DNA from: Bryobacterales bacterium
GTDB taxonomy: Bacteria; Acidobacteriota; Terriglobia; Bryobacterales; UBA6623
NCBI GenBank assembly: GCA_963422375.2
Contig: OY729428.2
Location: 3,520,001 to 3,584,000, forward strand
Length of the DNA: 64,000 bases
Reading direction: 5' to 3'
This document shows, one piece after another, positions 18,777 to 28,102 of the stretch. The position numbers and the translations under genes are program-made. How positions within the stretch are numbered: position 1 is the first letter of the stretch; each line of letters opens with the position of its first letter. The notes beneath the pieces were generated by a model, which was given only the letters and a program-made list of their open reading frames with translations, made no database searches and had not been told where the DNA came from.

Positions 18777-21745
18777 TCAGGCCGGCGCTCCGGGTTGCGC
18801 TTGCGCAAGCCTCTCGAGAGCACTGCGGCTGCCTCCGTGAATATGCGGCTCGCGGCAGAAGGCGTCCCGGAGATCATCGATGCCTCGCCAAGGCGCATCA
18901 TGCGCACCGGCCGTCCCGGGCGCCGCACCTTCAATCGCCCTGGAAGTCAGCCCCAGAAGCCTGAGAACTGCTCCATCTATCAGCTTGCGCGGGTAATCCG
19001 CGTGCGCTTGGCAGATGGGAAGCAGCGATCTCTGGGCCAGCCGGTCGAAGTCCTGGGAGGCATTCTCCAAACTCTCCGAAGCCAGGCTGGCAAGGTCCGG
19101 AACGGGTACCGCCTTGAGAGCTCCCACTTGGATCAGGGACCGTCCGATCTGCTGCTTGCCCCCGTGCGTCCAATGCACGAGCGCACCCAAGGTCGAGTTC
19201 GCCCACAGCGCGAACGCCTTGCGCACCCTCTCGTCGCGATGGCGAAGCGCTGTCCACGCCCTGACACCCATCGCGGCCCGTTCGGTCGTCGCCGCGACCA
19301 GCGCTTGCGACGTCCAGCGCAGGTTGCGCGCGTAGAACAGCGTGCCAGACCTTCCTCTCATCGCGTCCTGCTGGCTTCGGCTCGGACTCCCCGGGGCGAC
19401 GCCTCGGTGCGTCGGCTCGATCACGAGCCGGACCTGCTCGTTCGCGTTCGCCCTCCAGAGCGACAGATCCCGCACCGGACCCGCCAGGCCGTCAATCGGG
19501 TGCCGCTCAAATGCCCCGATCGGATCGTTCCCGGCTAGGTGGCCGATCAGATGATGCGTGGGGCCAACTTCGAACAGGTCACCCAAGCGCACCATCGGCA
19601 CGGGCAGGCGCGTCGTCCGACCCGACTGGAGGTCGACCAGCTCGCCCCGGAGCAGCCTCCCGGCCGCTACGGCAAGGTCGCCTCGCGCTGCTCCCAGTTC
19701 GCTCCAAGGGTCGCCGTTCCCGATCCGCTCCCGCCGGCTCCAAGTGCCGATCCTTTGCCGGCCCACGCGAATCTCCCCGGACTCGGCAGCAGCGTGCGTC
19801 TCGAGGCCCTCGAGCACCGCCCTAGCCGACTCGCGGGCGCACCCGAGTTCGGTAACACCTCCGTCCAGGTTCACGCAAACCACCCGCGAGGGGAGTGCTT
19901 TGTCGGGTTCGGCCTTCTGAGCCACCAGCAGCATCTCGTTCATCCCGGTGTCGCTCGAAAGCGACAGCTGACCGGACGTGCCGCCCGCAACAGTTACTGC
20001 CACGATTTCCGTGTAGGCGTTCTCAATCGCCTGGCGCATCCCGCTATAGGACGCTGCCGTCAATGGCAAGACGAACCCCATGCGCCCTCCCGGCCGCAGC
20101 TTCCGGTCCGCTTTCGTCACGAAGAACGTGGCCAGCCCGGCCTTCAGATTGGCGAACGTCTGCGCCCCCAGCCTAGACGCTCGCCGTTGCGACGCGACTC
20201 GCTCGGCGTCGGGCAGGCCGGCCACGTCGAACAGGCTCTGCCCGCCCCGCGTCCGCGAATACGGCGGATTCGCGAGGAAGTAGTGCAGGCTCGCGGAGGG
20301 AAGCGTCGCGCTCATCACGCGTCCCGTAATCTCCCGCCCCCGCGACGCCTCAAACGCGCTCTGGAATAGATCCCCGACGTCGTCGCGTTCTAGGCACTCT
20401 AGGGATCCGGTTCGGTCCGGCCCGCCGACCGGCACGCACCCGATCTGTACGTCGCCGTACGCCGCGGCAGGCTCCAGGGCGGACAGCGAGGTTGCTGTCA
20501 GGTGGGCGGCGATCGCGCTGATGTCGACTGCCAGCACGCCATGCTCCATGAAATCCCGGTGTAGCGCGGCCGTGTCCCCGCCGTGTCGCTCGTACAGGTT
20601 GCGAATCTGTCGATATCCGGCCCGCACAAGCGTGCCGGTACCGCTGGCAGTGTCCGCAAGCCGAACCTTCTTCCCCAGTTCCGGATCCCCCCAATCGACT
20701 TCGGCGCCCCGGCCGGTATGCTCGCGGATCGTTAGGCAGGCTAGAAACTCCGCCGTCGCGGGCCGCGTGTAAAACGCGGCCGCAGTCTTCCGGTCCTCGC
20801 TCAGCCGGGGGAACAGCTCCGCGCCGATATCGATATACGAGCCCAGCCTCGACGTCTCGATGGCTTCCACGGCCTTGAGCAGACTCTCAAAGCCTTCCGA
20901 CACGGCCCTCGCGCTGACCGCAGCCGCCGGGCGCAGCGCACCGAGGGCCGGGACGAAGATCGAGCGGAAATTCACCTTGAGGGCGGCCTCCCACGCGGCG
21001 ACGAACAGACTGGGAAGCGGGTTTCCGCTGTCGTCGACACAGGTCGAGGCAGAGGCGATCACGCGTTCGCGCGTCGCACGGACCCGATTCTGCGCCAAGA
21101 GCGCATCGAGCCACACAACGCTGGCGGTCGTCAAGCCTCGCCACGGCATCCGCTGCCGCACGCTGCGAGCGACCTGCTCCTGGTCATGTCATATGGGGAG
21201 ATTCGGGCCGCGAGACGGTCTGCGCAGTGCCTGACATGCATCGCGACGCCTTCCGCAAGCGCTGCAACGTAGAGGCTCGACTGGCATATTGCCGGAAGCA
21301 CCGCGACCAAGTCGTCGGCGCTCCCCGCGGTCCAACCGCTGAGGGGCCATCTTGGCGAATCCCGATCAGATTCCCCTTGGAGCAAGACGTACTGGATCCG
21401 GTTGCCCTGCAGGAGCCACGCCGTGACGTCCTCCACGCTCCGCAGACGCTGGACATGGCCGGGAATCCAGACCGCTACTCCTGCTCGGACCTTGGCTCCG
21501 CCAGCCCGAAGCGTCTGGCCGAGTCGTCCGCGCGCGTCCCGCTCGGCGTCGGCGGCCCCGTACGACGCTTCGATGACGACTGGCGGGGACACCGGGCCGT
21601 CGATCAGGATGTCGGGCCGTCGCGGGCTGCCCTCGAAGACACTGCGACGCTCTTCTTGGACGATATCTATCGTCGCCCCCGCGCCAAGACGGCTTTCCCG
21701 CCCGAATCGCCTCCGCCAGTCCGCTGTTGAATGTCTGCTCGTGTA
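18777..21745 (-). pseudogene. Fused restriction endonuclease / N6-adenine DNA methyltransferase (type IIG/IIL-like), frameshifted
   Basis: 'AAFYTRP', SAM motif 'LADTASGTGT' and catalytic NPPY in 18777..21161. N-terminal 'RPDILI...VVIEAS' nuclease-like part lies in another frame; frames join when duplicated GTCAT (21183-21192) and TATC (21664-21671) are collapsed. 5' boundary approximate. Confidence 0.8.
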
Positions 21746-22199
21746 GCTGCGATTTCCGTTGCGAGTGGCAGGACTGAGGCGATTTTCCGGTTGATCAGGC
21801 GGTGCGTACAGTTCATAGTCGCACACTGCACCAGACTGACCTCGCGAGGCGATTCGACCACCGCTGGGCCCTACCGCGACAGCTGTGGCCGGACCAACGT
21901 AGGGCGCAGGGGGGCTCAATGCGGCCACCGAGGAGCGCGACTCCGCCCGGGCTCGGCTTGGCAGCGCGGTGCTGCGTACCGCATCGGAAGAAGTGAAGCG
22001 ACACCAGACCGGGCCGCATCCTCCGCATCGACTACCTCTGGGACGCTCGGGGCGAGGCGGTAGTAGTCGCATCCATGCCAGGGCACTGCTAGGCGAAACG
22101 GTCGGAGAGATCGAACGAATGCCCGCAGGCGGCCGTCGCAGAAAGCGCCCGCGCGAGCGCACGCCCCGGCCATCGAGCCAGTGCGAACGGCCCGGGGGC

Positions 22200-22208
22200 T
22201 GGTATATT
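22200..22208 (+). promoter_or_regulatory. Candidate extended -10 promoter (TGgTATATT)
   Basis: Close to the TGnTATAAT consensus, 30 nt upstream of the ATG at 22239. Confidence 0.4.
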
Positions 22209-22238
22209 GAAGCTTCATCCGGGATCTCCGGAGCGCAC

Positions 22239-22751
22239 ATGCCGGACCAGACTCCTACAGATTCGAAACGTCGCGCCGCCCGGCCCCCGAGGCCAATGCG
22301 GGCGGGCGGCGATGCGGCCGCGGAGCGTCGCAGGGCAGCCGCGGCGGAGCGGAAGCGCAAGGCCCGGGAGGAAGCGCTGCGCGTCGCGTCGCTGACGCCG
22401 CTGGAGGCCCCCCACCCCAAGGGATGGCCGTGGTCGGAAGGCGGCATGGCGGGTAACCGCAAGAAGAAGCCCGCGTTGCTCGCGATCACGAACGAGAATT
22501 GCACCGGGTGCGCGGGCTCCCCGGTCTGCATCAACTACTGCCCGGTCGACGAGTGCATGTACTGGATCGACGACGAAGACCACCCGCCGTTCGGCCGGAT
22601 CGAGGTGGACGGACAGACTTGCATCGGCTGCAAGCAGTGCATCTCCAAGGGGCCGGACGGCACCTTCCTGGACGGCTGCCCCTGGGACGCGATCGACATG
22701 GTGCCTATCGCCGAGGTCGAGTCGAAACTCAGCGTCAAGTACGAATTCTAG
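22239..22751 (+). CDS. 4Fe-4S dicluster ferredoxin-like protein
   Basis: CTGC....VC...CP and CIGCKQC-x12-CPWDAI motifs; start 22239 (GGAG RBS) or 22446. Confidence 0.8.
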   Translation: MPDQTPTDSKRRAARPPRPMRAGGDAAAERRRAAAAERKRKAREEALRVASLTPLEAPHPKGWPWSEGGMAGNRKKKPALLAITNENCTGCAGSPVCINYCPVDECMYWIDDEDHPPFGRIEVDGQTCIGCKQCISKGPDGTFLDGCPWDAIDMVPIAEVESKLSVKYEF

Positions 22752-22787
22752 GCCTCCCGCGCCCGTCCCCGTCCCGTCCGAATTACC

Positions 22788-23159
22788 GTGAATCACTCCC
22801 AGAGATTCCTCGCGATCGTGGACGAGGCCAAGTCGCGGATCCGAGAGACCACCGTGGAGGACGTTCAGGCGGATCTGGCCGCCGGGGCACCGTTCGAGTT
22901 GATCGACACCCGCGAGGAGTCCGAGTGGGCGGCCGCGCATGCCGCGGGTGCCTGCCACATGGGCAAGGGCGTCATCGAGCGCGACATGGAGGCCAAGTTC
23001 CCCGACACCGACACCAAGCTGGTTCTGTACTGCGGCGGCGGCTACCGCTCGGCGCTCGCCGCCGACTCCTTGCAGAGAATGGGCTACCGAAACGTGCATT
23101 CCCTGGCGGGCGGCTGGCGGGCTTGGAAGGGCGCGGGCCTTCCCGTCAGGAAGGGCTGA
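22788..23159 (+). CDS. Rhodanese-like sulfurtransferase
   Basis: 'LIDTREESEW', 'LYCGGGYRS', 'SLAGGWRAW'. Confidence 0.92.
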   Translation: MNHSQRFLAIVDEAKSRIRETTVEDVQADLAAGAPFELIDTREESEWAAAHAAGACHMGKGVIERDMEAKFPDTDTKLVLYCGGGYRSALAADSLQRMGYRNVHSLAGGWRAWKGAGLPVRKG

Positions 23160-23177
23160 AGCTGCCGCGAAGCCTTC

Positions 23178-23933
23178 CTACGGACGGACGGCCTCCGAGC
23201 CTCCCGGCGCATAGAGCAACTCGACGGAGGCCGATTCCGGGGCGCACAGCAGGCGCGTTCCCTGGGGGAGCGGGATCCCGCGCAGGAACATGTAGGTCGC
23301 CGGTCCCGCGCGGCGGCCCGGCCGCAGCCAGAGAAGGTGTTCCACGCCGCCGTCCGGCAGGTGCGCCGTCAGCTGCAGCCAGTCGACGCCAGAAGCCCTT
23401 GCCGGGATGACACCCGTAGCGACTACGCTGCGGTCCAACCGGACCTCGCCGCTAACGGACAGGCGACCGTCGTCCGTATCCCCCTCATGCCGAGGAACTT
23501 CGTGGCCGTGGAACGGCTCGGCATGGACGGCGTCCCCCTCGGGCGCTCCGCCCTGAATCCAGCTGGAGATCACGGCGATCTCCGGCAGGGACAGGCTGCG
23601 GTCGTTGCGGAAGACGCCGAAGCCCTTGACCGCATCCCAAGGCGGCATCCGGCGGGCGAGGACTTCGTGCTTGATCGCCGCCGCCCAAGGACGAACCTCT
23701 GCGTAGGTCGTCAGCGGCATCGGCGCGGTCCCGCCAGCGCGATGGCATCCCGCGCATCGCTTGTACAGAATCCTCGATACGTCCCGGGTCCAAGTGAGCT
23801 TCGTCGCGATCGCCTCGTGGGCCGCTGCCGGGCAGTCCAACCAGAGTGCGCAGGCAAGTGCGCACAGCAACGGTCCGAGAAGCGCCGCCCGCCCAAACCG
23901 CCGCGGCCCCCTCTCGTTCGGCAGCCCGCGCAC
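23178..23933 (-). CDS. Exported c-type cytochrome-like protein
   Basis: Signal peptide, CAGCH heme motif, 'RRMPPW'; N-domain paralogous to the upstream gene. Confidence 0.75.
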   Translation of the reverse strand: MRGLPNERGPRRFGRAALLGPLLCALACALWLDCPAAAHEAIATKLTWTRDVSRILYKRCAGCHRAGGTAPMPLTTYAEVRPWAAAIKHEVLARRMPPWDAVKGFGVFRNDRSLSLPEIAVISSWIQGGAPEGDAVHAEPFHGHEVPRHEGDTDDGRLSVSGEVRLDRSVVATGVIPARASGVDWLQLTAHLPDGGVEHLLWLRPGRRAGPATYMFLRGIPLPQGTRLLCAPESASVELLYAPGGSEAVRP

Positions 23934-23957
23934 GGCGCGCGACAGACCCGGCGGGAG

Positions 23958-25256
23958 CTAGTCCCCGCTCGCCTCGCCAGCCTTCATCTGGGTGACGTAC
24001 GGACGGACTTCGGCGGCGGCGTCGAATGCGACCTCAAAGAAGCCGATCATCATCTCCTCCCAGCTCTGGTCGCCCCAGCGGACTTCGGCGCTTGGGTCCG
24101 GGTTGTCCGGGTTGTTGGGCGAGTTGTCGAAGTGGGCCAGGCACTCGATGGCCGTGCCAGCCGCAAGCAGCCTAGGCTCCTTCAAGTAGTAGTAGAACTG
24201 CCAGTCGAAGTCGTACTTGGGCACTCTGAGCAGGACCTCCCGGCTGCCGTCGGGATGCCGGAGGTCGAATTGGAAATCCCTGCCCCGCAGATGCATGTGC
24301 GGCAGCAGGCTGACCAGCTCCACGTCGCGGTTCAGCACCCAGCGGGACCGCACGGGGTGAGCGCTCGCGCCGGGAGGAATGACGAACTTGCCGTTCGTGG
24401 CGCTCATGGTCACCACCCGCTTGGCGGGAGGCTCGTCGCGGAAGCGCAGGCCGATGCGCGTGCGATCGAGCACTTCCCTTCCGCTGGCCGTGTAATGCAG
24501 CTGCAGCACGATATCCGCCCCGGCCGGGAGAGCCTTGGCGTACTCGCTGCCATCCCACGAGACCGGCTCCTTGCCGGGAGCGAAGCCCGTGAGAATCTCG
24601 CGGTACTCGTTGGCCGACCGCCTGCGCTGCCTCTTCCGGGTGCGGCTCGGCACGAACACCTTGCCCGGAACGGCGCCCTCCAGCCACAGCGAGCCTTTCG
24701 GACGGACGAAGGCCAGAACGTGATGCACCACTTCGCGATTTCCGGGGCGAACCTCTGCCGCGCTTACCCACTTGTCCTCCCCGAAGTCCGTCGGAATCAC
24801 CAGGTACTGGTAGTCGATGACCCCTTCGGCGGGGACGCGAAACGCTTCCGGCAGCTCGAGCACCATATCGGGCTCCCCGATGTTCCAGCCGTCAAGGAAC
24901 TCCCGAGGCTCCGGCGCGTGGGTCGGGCTGCCTCGCTCCGCGCCGGTCTCGACCCATTCGGAGATCGCTCGCTTCTCGTCCGCGGACAGCACGTGCGCAT
25001 TCGACCACTCGCCGTACTGCGGGTCGGCGAACCACGGCGGCATGCGCCCCAAGGCCACCGCCTCGTGGATCGCCCGGGCCCACGGGCGGGCCTCGTCGTA
25101 CGTCAGCAGCGACATCGGCGCCGCCTCGCCCGGACGGTGGCACTGCTGGCAGTGGCGCTGCAGAATGGGCTCGATGTCGGCGTGGAATGTCGGACCGCCG
25201 CTCGCCAGCAGGGGCAGGGCGGCACACAGCAAGGCAGTTACGAGAATACGCGGCAC
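23958..25256 (-). CDS. Exported cytochrome c fused to a copper type II monooxygenase-like (PHM/DBH-like) domain
   Basis: CQQCH, 'VVHHVLAF', 'LQLHY', 'PHMHLRG', 'EEMMIGF'. Confidence 0.75.
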   Translation of the reverse strand: MPRILVTALLCAALPLLASGGPTFHADIEPILQRHCQQCHRPGEAAPMSLLTYDEARPWARAIHEAVALGRMPPWFADPQYGEWSNAHVLSADEKRAISEWVETGAERGSPTHAPEPREFLDGWNIGEPDMVLELPEAFRVPAEGVIDYQYLVIPTDFGEDKWVSAAEVRPGNREVVHHVLAFVRPKGSLWLEGAVPGKVFVPSRTRKRQRRRSANEYREILTGFAPGKEPVSWDGSEYAKALPAGADIVLQLHYTASGREVLDRTRIGLRFRDEPPAKRVVTMSATNGKFVIPPGASAHPVRSRWVLNRDVELVSLLPHMHLRGRDFQFDLRHPDGSREVLLRVPKYDFDWQFYYYLKEPRLLAAGTAIECLAHFDNSPNNPDNPDPSAEVRWGDQSWEEMMIGFFEVAFDAAAEVRPYVTQMKAGEASGD

Positions 25257-26035
25257 GGCAATCGCTCCTCCGCACAGTATTACACTGTGGGCTCGCGCGG
25301 CCGGCCCTATACCTACAAGCTGGGAGTCTCGGGGATTTGCGACACCAATTACCGGCCGGTCCTAGCCTGGCAAGCCGCTCGTAGGCGAGTGTAGCGTTGC
25401 CACAGAACCTGATGCCCGGGTCGTGCTTGGGGTTAAGATTGCCGCCAAGCATGGCCACCGTGCGCACGGCTGCCCCTCGGTTGTCCGGCGACGGAAGCCC
25501 GCGGTACCCAGCGAAGTCCCTTCGCTGACCCCGCAGGCCTGTCCGCGCTTAGTCCCGGCAGCCCCAAGTCGCCGATCCAGCCCGAGACGGCTGGAATCAA
25601 CTCTCGGGGGCAACTTGTTTAGTCCCTCGGCGTGACAACCAACACGCAAGCTCGCCGGCGACTCGCCGTGCCTCGGCGCGTCGCGACCGATGTACCTCCG
25701 CTTGGGATACGGCGAGAGGCCGCTGCCGTCAGGGCAAGCGGGGCTCGGGCCGGCACCGCCGGCCCGAGAGAGTTAAGCGGGAGACCGCGTTGTCGATCTC
25801 AATCGAACCCTTGATCGAACGGCCCCGGTGCCGCATATCCGGGGCGAGACCTCGGCCGACTACGGCCTCGGCTGCCCGCCCTGCGCCGCGGTGGCCATCC
25901 CGGTCGGCCGCCGCGGCCCGATCCCGGTGCGTTGCCGACGCTGAGCGCGGCGCCCGCGAATCTGCGTGACCGCGGCGGGCGCGCCTACGCGATCAGGGTC
26001 CGGGACCCGCGCTCGCGCCTGCGCCGGTAGCGTCT

Positions 26036-27204
26036 TCAACTCCCCTCCGCCCGCTCGAAGAGCACCGCCACCTTGGCCTTGAGCTTCTCGTGGGCCTCCC
26101 GGAACGGCTGCCCTCGCAGCTCTGGCCGCCGCGTCATGTCCCGCGCCTCCGAGCGCTTCAAGTCCAGCTTAGAGAGCTCCCCGGTGTCGTCCAGCCAGCT
26201 GTCCGTCCAGTCCGCCGGACGCATGTACTTCTTGCCGAGGTTCACGAAGTCGCGCCGCGCGTAAGTCCGGCAAAGGGCCAGATCGAAACGGCCCCGCGTG
26301 CATTCGCGTCAGCTTCACGCGAGAGCTGTAGCGGTCGCACACCAGCACCACGCGCCGCTCCACGCCCAGCGCCCCGAAGACGTCGGCCGCAGCCAGCGCG
26401 CTGCGCGGGCGCCCCACCTGCATCCACGCCATGCCCGCTCCCAAGCGCGCCCGCAGCCAGCAGCGGGCGCGGTCGCCCTCCTCGGCTAGGGCTTGGATCA
26501 TCCACGTGGTCTCGTCCCCGTGCAGCACCTCGGCCTGCTTCCGGCGGTCCCGCAGCGCCGCCGCGAACGGGCGGAACAGCTCCGGCATACGGTCCAGTTC
26601 GGCACATAGGGTGCCGGCCAGAGATTCAGCCCGAAGTCCGCGAGCGCCCGCTCGGCGGCCCGCTTGGGCCGGCACCGGGCTTGCACCATGACCAGCCCTA
26701 GAGCCTACACCGAGATGCCGTAAGGCGAGCCGCGGAACAGCCGCGGCGGGGCCGGCGCAGTCACCCCCTTGACCTCCGGGCACTGGCGTGTCGGCTTCCG
26801 CCGCTCGCGGAAGATGCGTCGCCGGTGCGGCTTGCCGGGGATCGCGATCTCTTCGGAGACGGTCGACCCTCTCTAGGCTTAGTCCAGGCCGCAGCTCGGG
26901 CATCGGCAGTCCGGCGCGTCCGGCTCCACCCGGTCCTCGATCACCACCAAGTGCTCGTGCGTCCGGCGCGGGGCGCCGGGCTGGTGCCCGCGCGGGCGCC
27001 GCTCCTTGCCCTCCGAGCGCTCCTCAAAGCCCTGGCCGCCGCCCTTGCCGGGCGTCCGCCGTTCGCTCCAAAGCCCGTACTTCATGGCCCCGTACTTGCG
27101 GCTCTTGGCCCGCGCCCGGCCCCGCTCCTTCTCTAGCTTCGCCTTGGTGCTCTCCAGCTGCTTGACGCGAGCGGCCCGCTCGTCCAGCTGCCGCCCGTGC
27201 CGTG
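26036..27204 (-). pseudogene. IS66-family transposase (TnpC) remnant, multiply frameshifted
   Basis: Fragments: coiled coil plus 'YGLWSERR', 'RGHQPG', CxCxxCG Zn ribbon, 'VLHGDETTW', 'LVCDRYS'. Confidence 0.75.
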
Positions 27205-27210
27205 TAGTTA

Positions 27211-27465
27211 GTGCTTGTGACAAAACCCCGGAATTCTGGCCTGATCAGCACTTCATACTACATCCCGATGTCGGACGGATCTCCAAACACAACATATAGG
27301 ACCCAAGGTCGGAAGTTGCTCAGCCGCCAATCGCGAAGATTTCCGCGCTCTACCCAGAATTGGCAGGATTTCGGACCAGTCGTAGCATTCCAGCGAAATC
27401 TTCGCCTTGAGAGATTGGACCTAAAGCCTTTGTTGTCAAGGGGATACGGGTTTTGTCACAGGCAC
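27211..27465. mobile_element. MITE (255 bp) with 18-bp terminal inverted repeats and a TAGTTA direct repeat
   Basis: GTGCTTGTGACAAAACCC ... GGGTTTTGTCACAGGCAC (17/18 match); TAGTTA at 27205-27210 and 27466-27471; AT-richer interior; no transposase. Confidence 0.8.
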
Positions 27466-28102
27466 TAGTTACCGGCAGCGTCCAGCGTCCAGAAGGACCC
27501 TTGCGCGCCCGTGTCCGCGCACCGGGTCGGCTGTCCCGCTGGACTGGTCGCAGGGCGAGCCCGAGCATGCCGGCGGGAGGCGCAGATCCGTCACGGATCA
27601 TCCGGGCCCGGGCGCTCAATCGGACGCCAGGTCCATGCGACGCTCCAACCATCTGTTCAATCGCTCGCTTGAGGACTACGCCGGGGACCGAGGCCTGCCC
27701 GTTCCGGACGATCCGGGGCGGGCGGTGCGGACGACGGCGGCATGAGGCGGCTACATGAACCGGCGCCAGGACCTGCCGCCGGGGCGCCAGATCATCTGGC
27801 GAGACTAGTTGCGCCTAGCCGGCGCGGTGCAGACGTACGAGCGCCAGCTCCGTTTGGGAGTGATCGGGCCGGACCGGACGGAGGCGCATGAATCGGTGGG
27901 CCCGGACTAACCTTGTCGCTGAAGTTCAGGGCGCGGCTGCTTGGCCGTCGCAGGCGCCCCGACCGGACCGGCGCGGATGTCGAGTCCCCTTGGTGCGGCG
28001 GGCCGGCTGGCGCGCCAGCGCCTCCCGGAGAATCCAGCCAAAGCGAGTGCCGCAGCCTCGAGGAGACCGGCGCGCACTCTCGAGATGCGGAAGGAGGCCG
28101 AC

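Noticed and set aside
25260..26030. Long intergenic region with hairpin CAGCGAAG-TCC-CTTCGCTG
   Set aside because: No family signature or convincing ORF; probably eroded sequence next to the IS66 remnant
27286..27301. NrdR-box-like ACACAACATATAGG inside the MITE
   Set aside because: Single imperfect copy, inside a mobile element, with no nrd gene nearby
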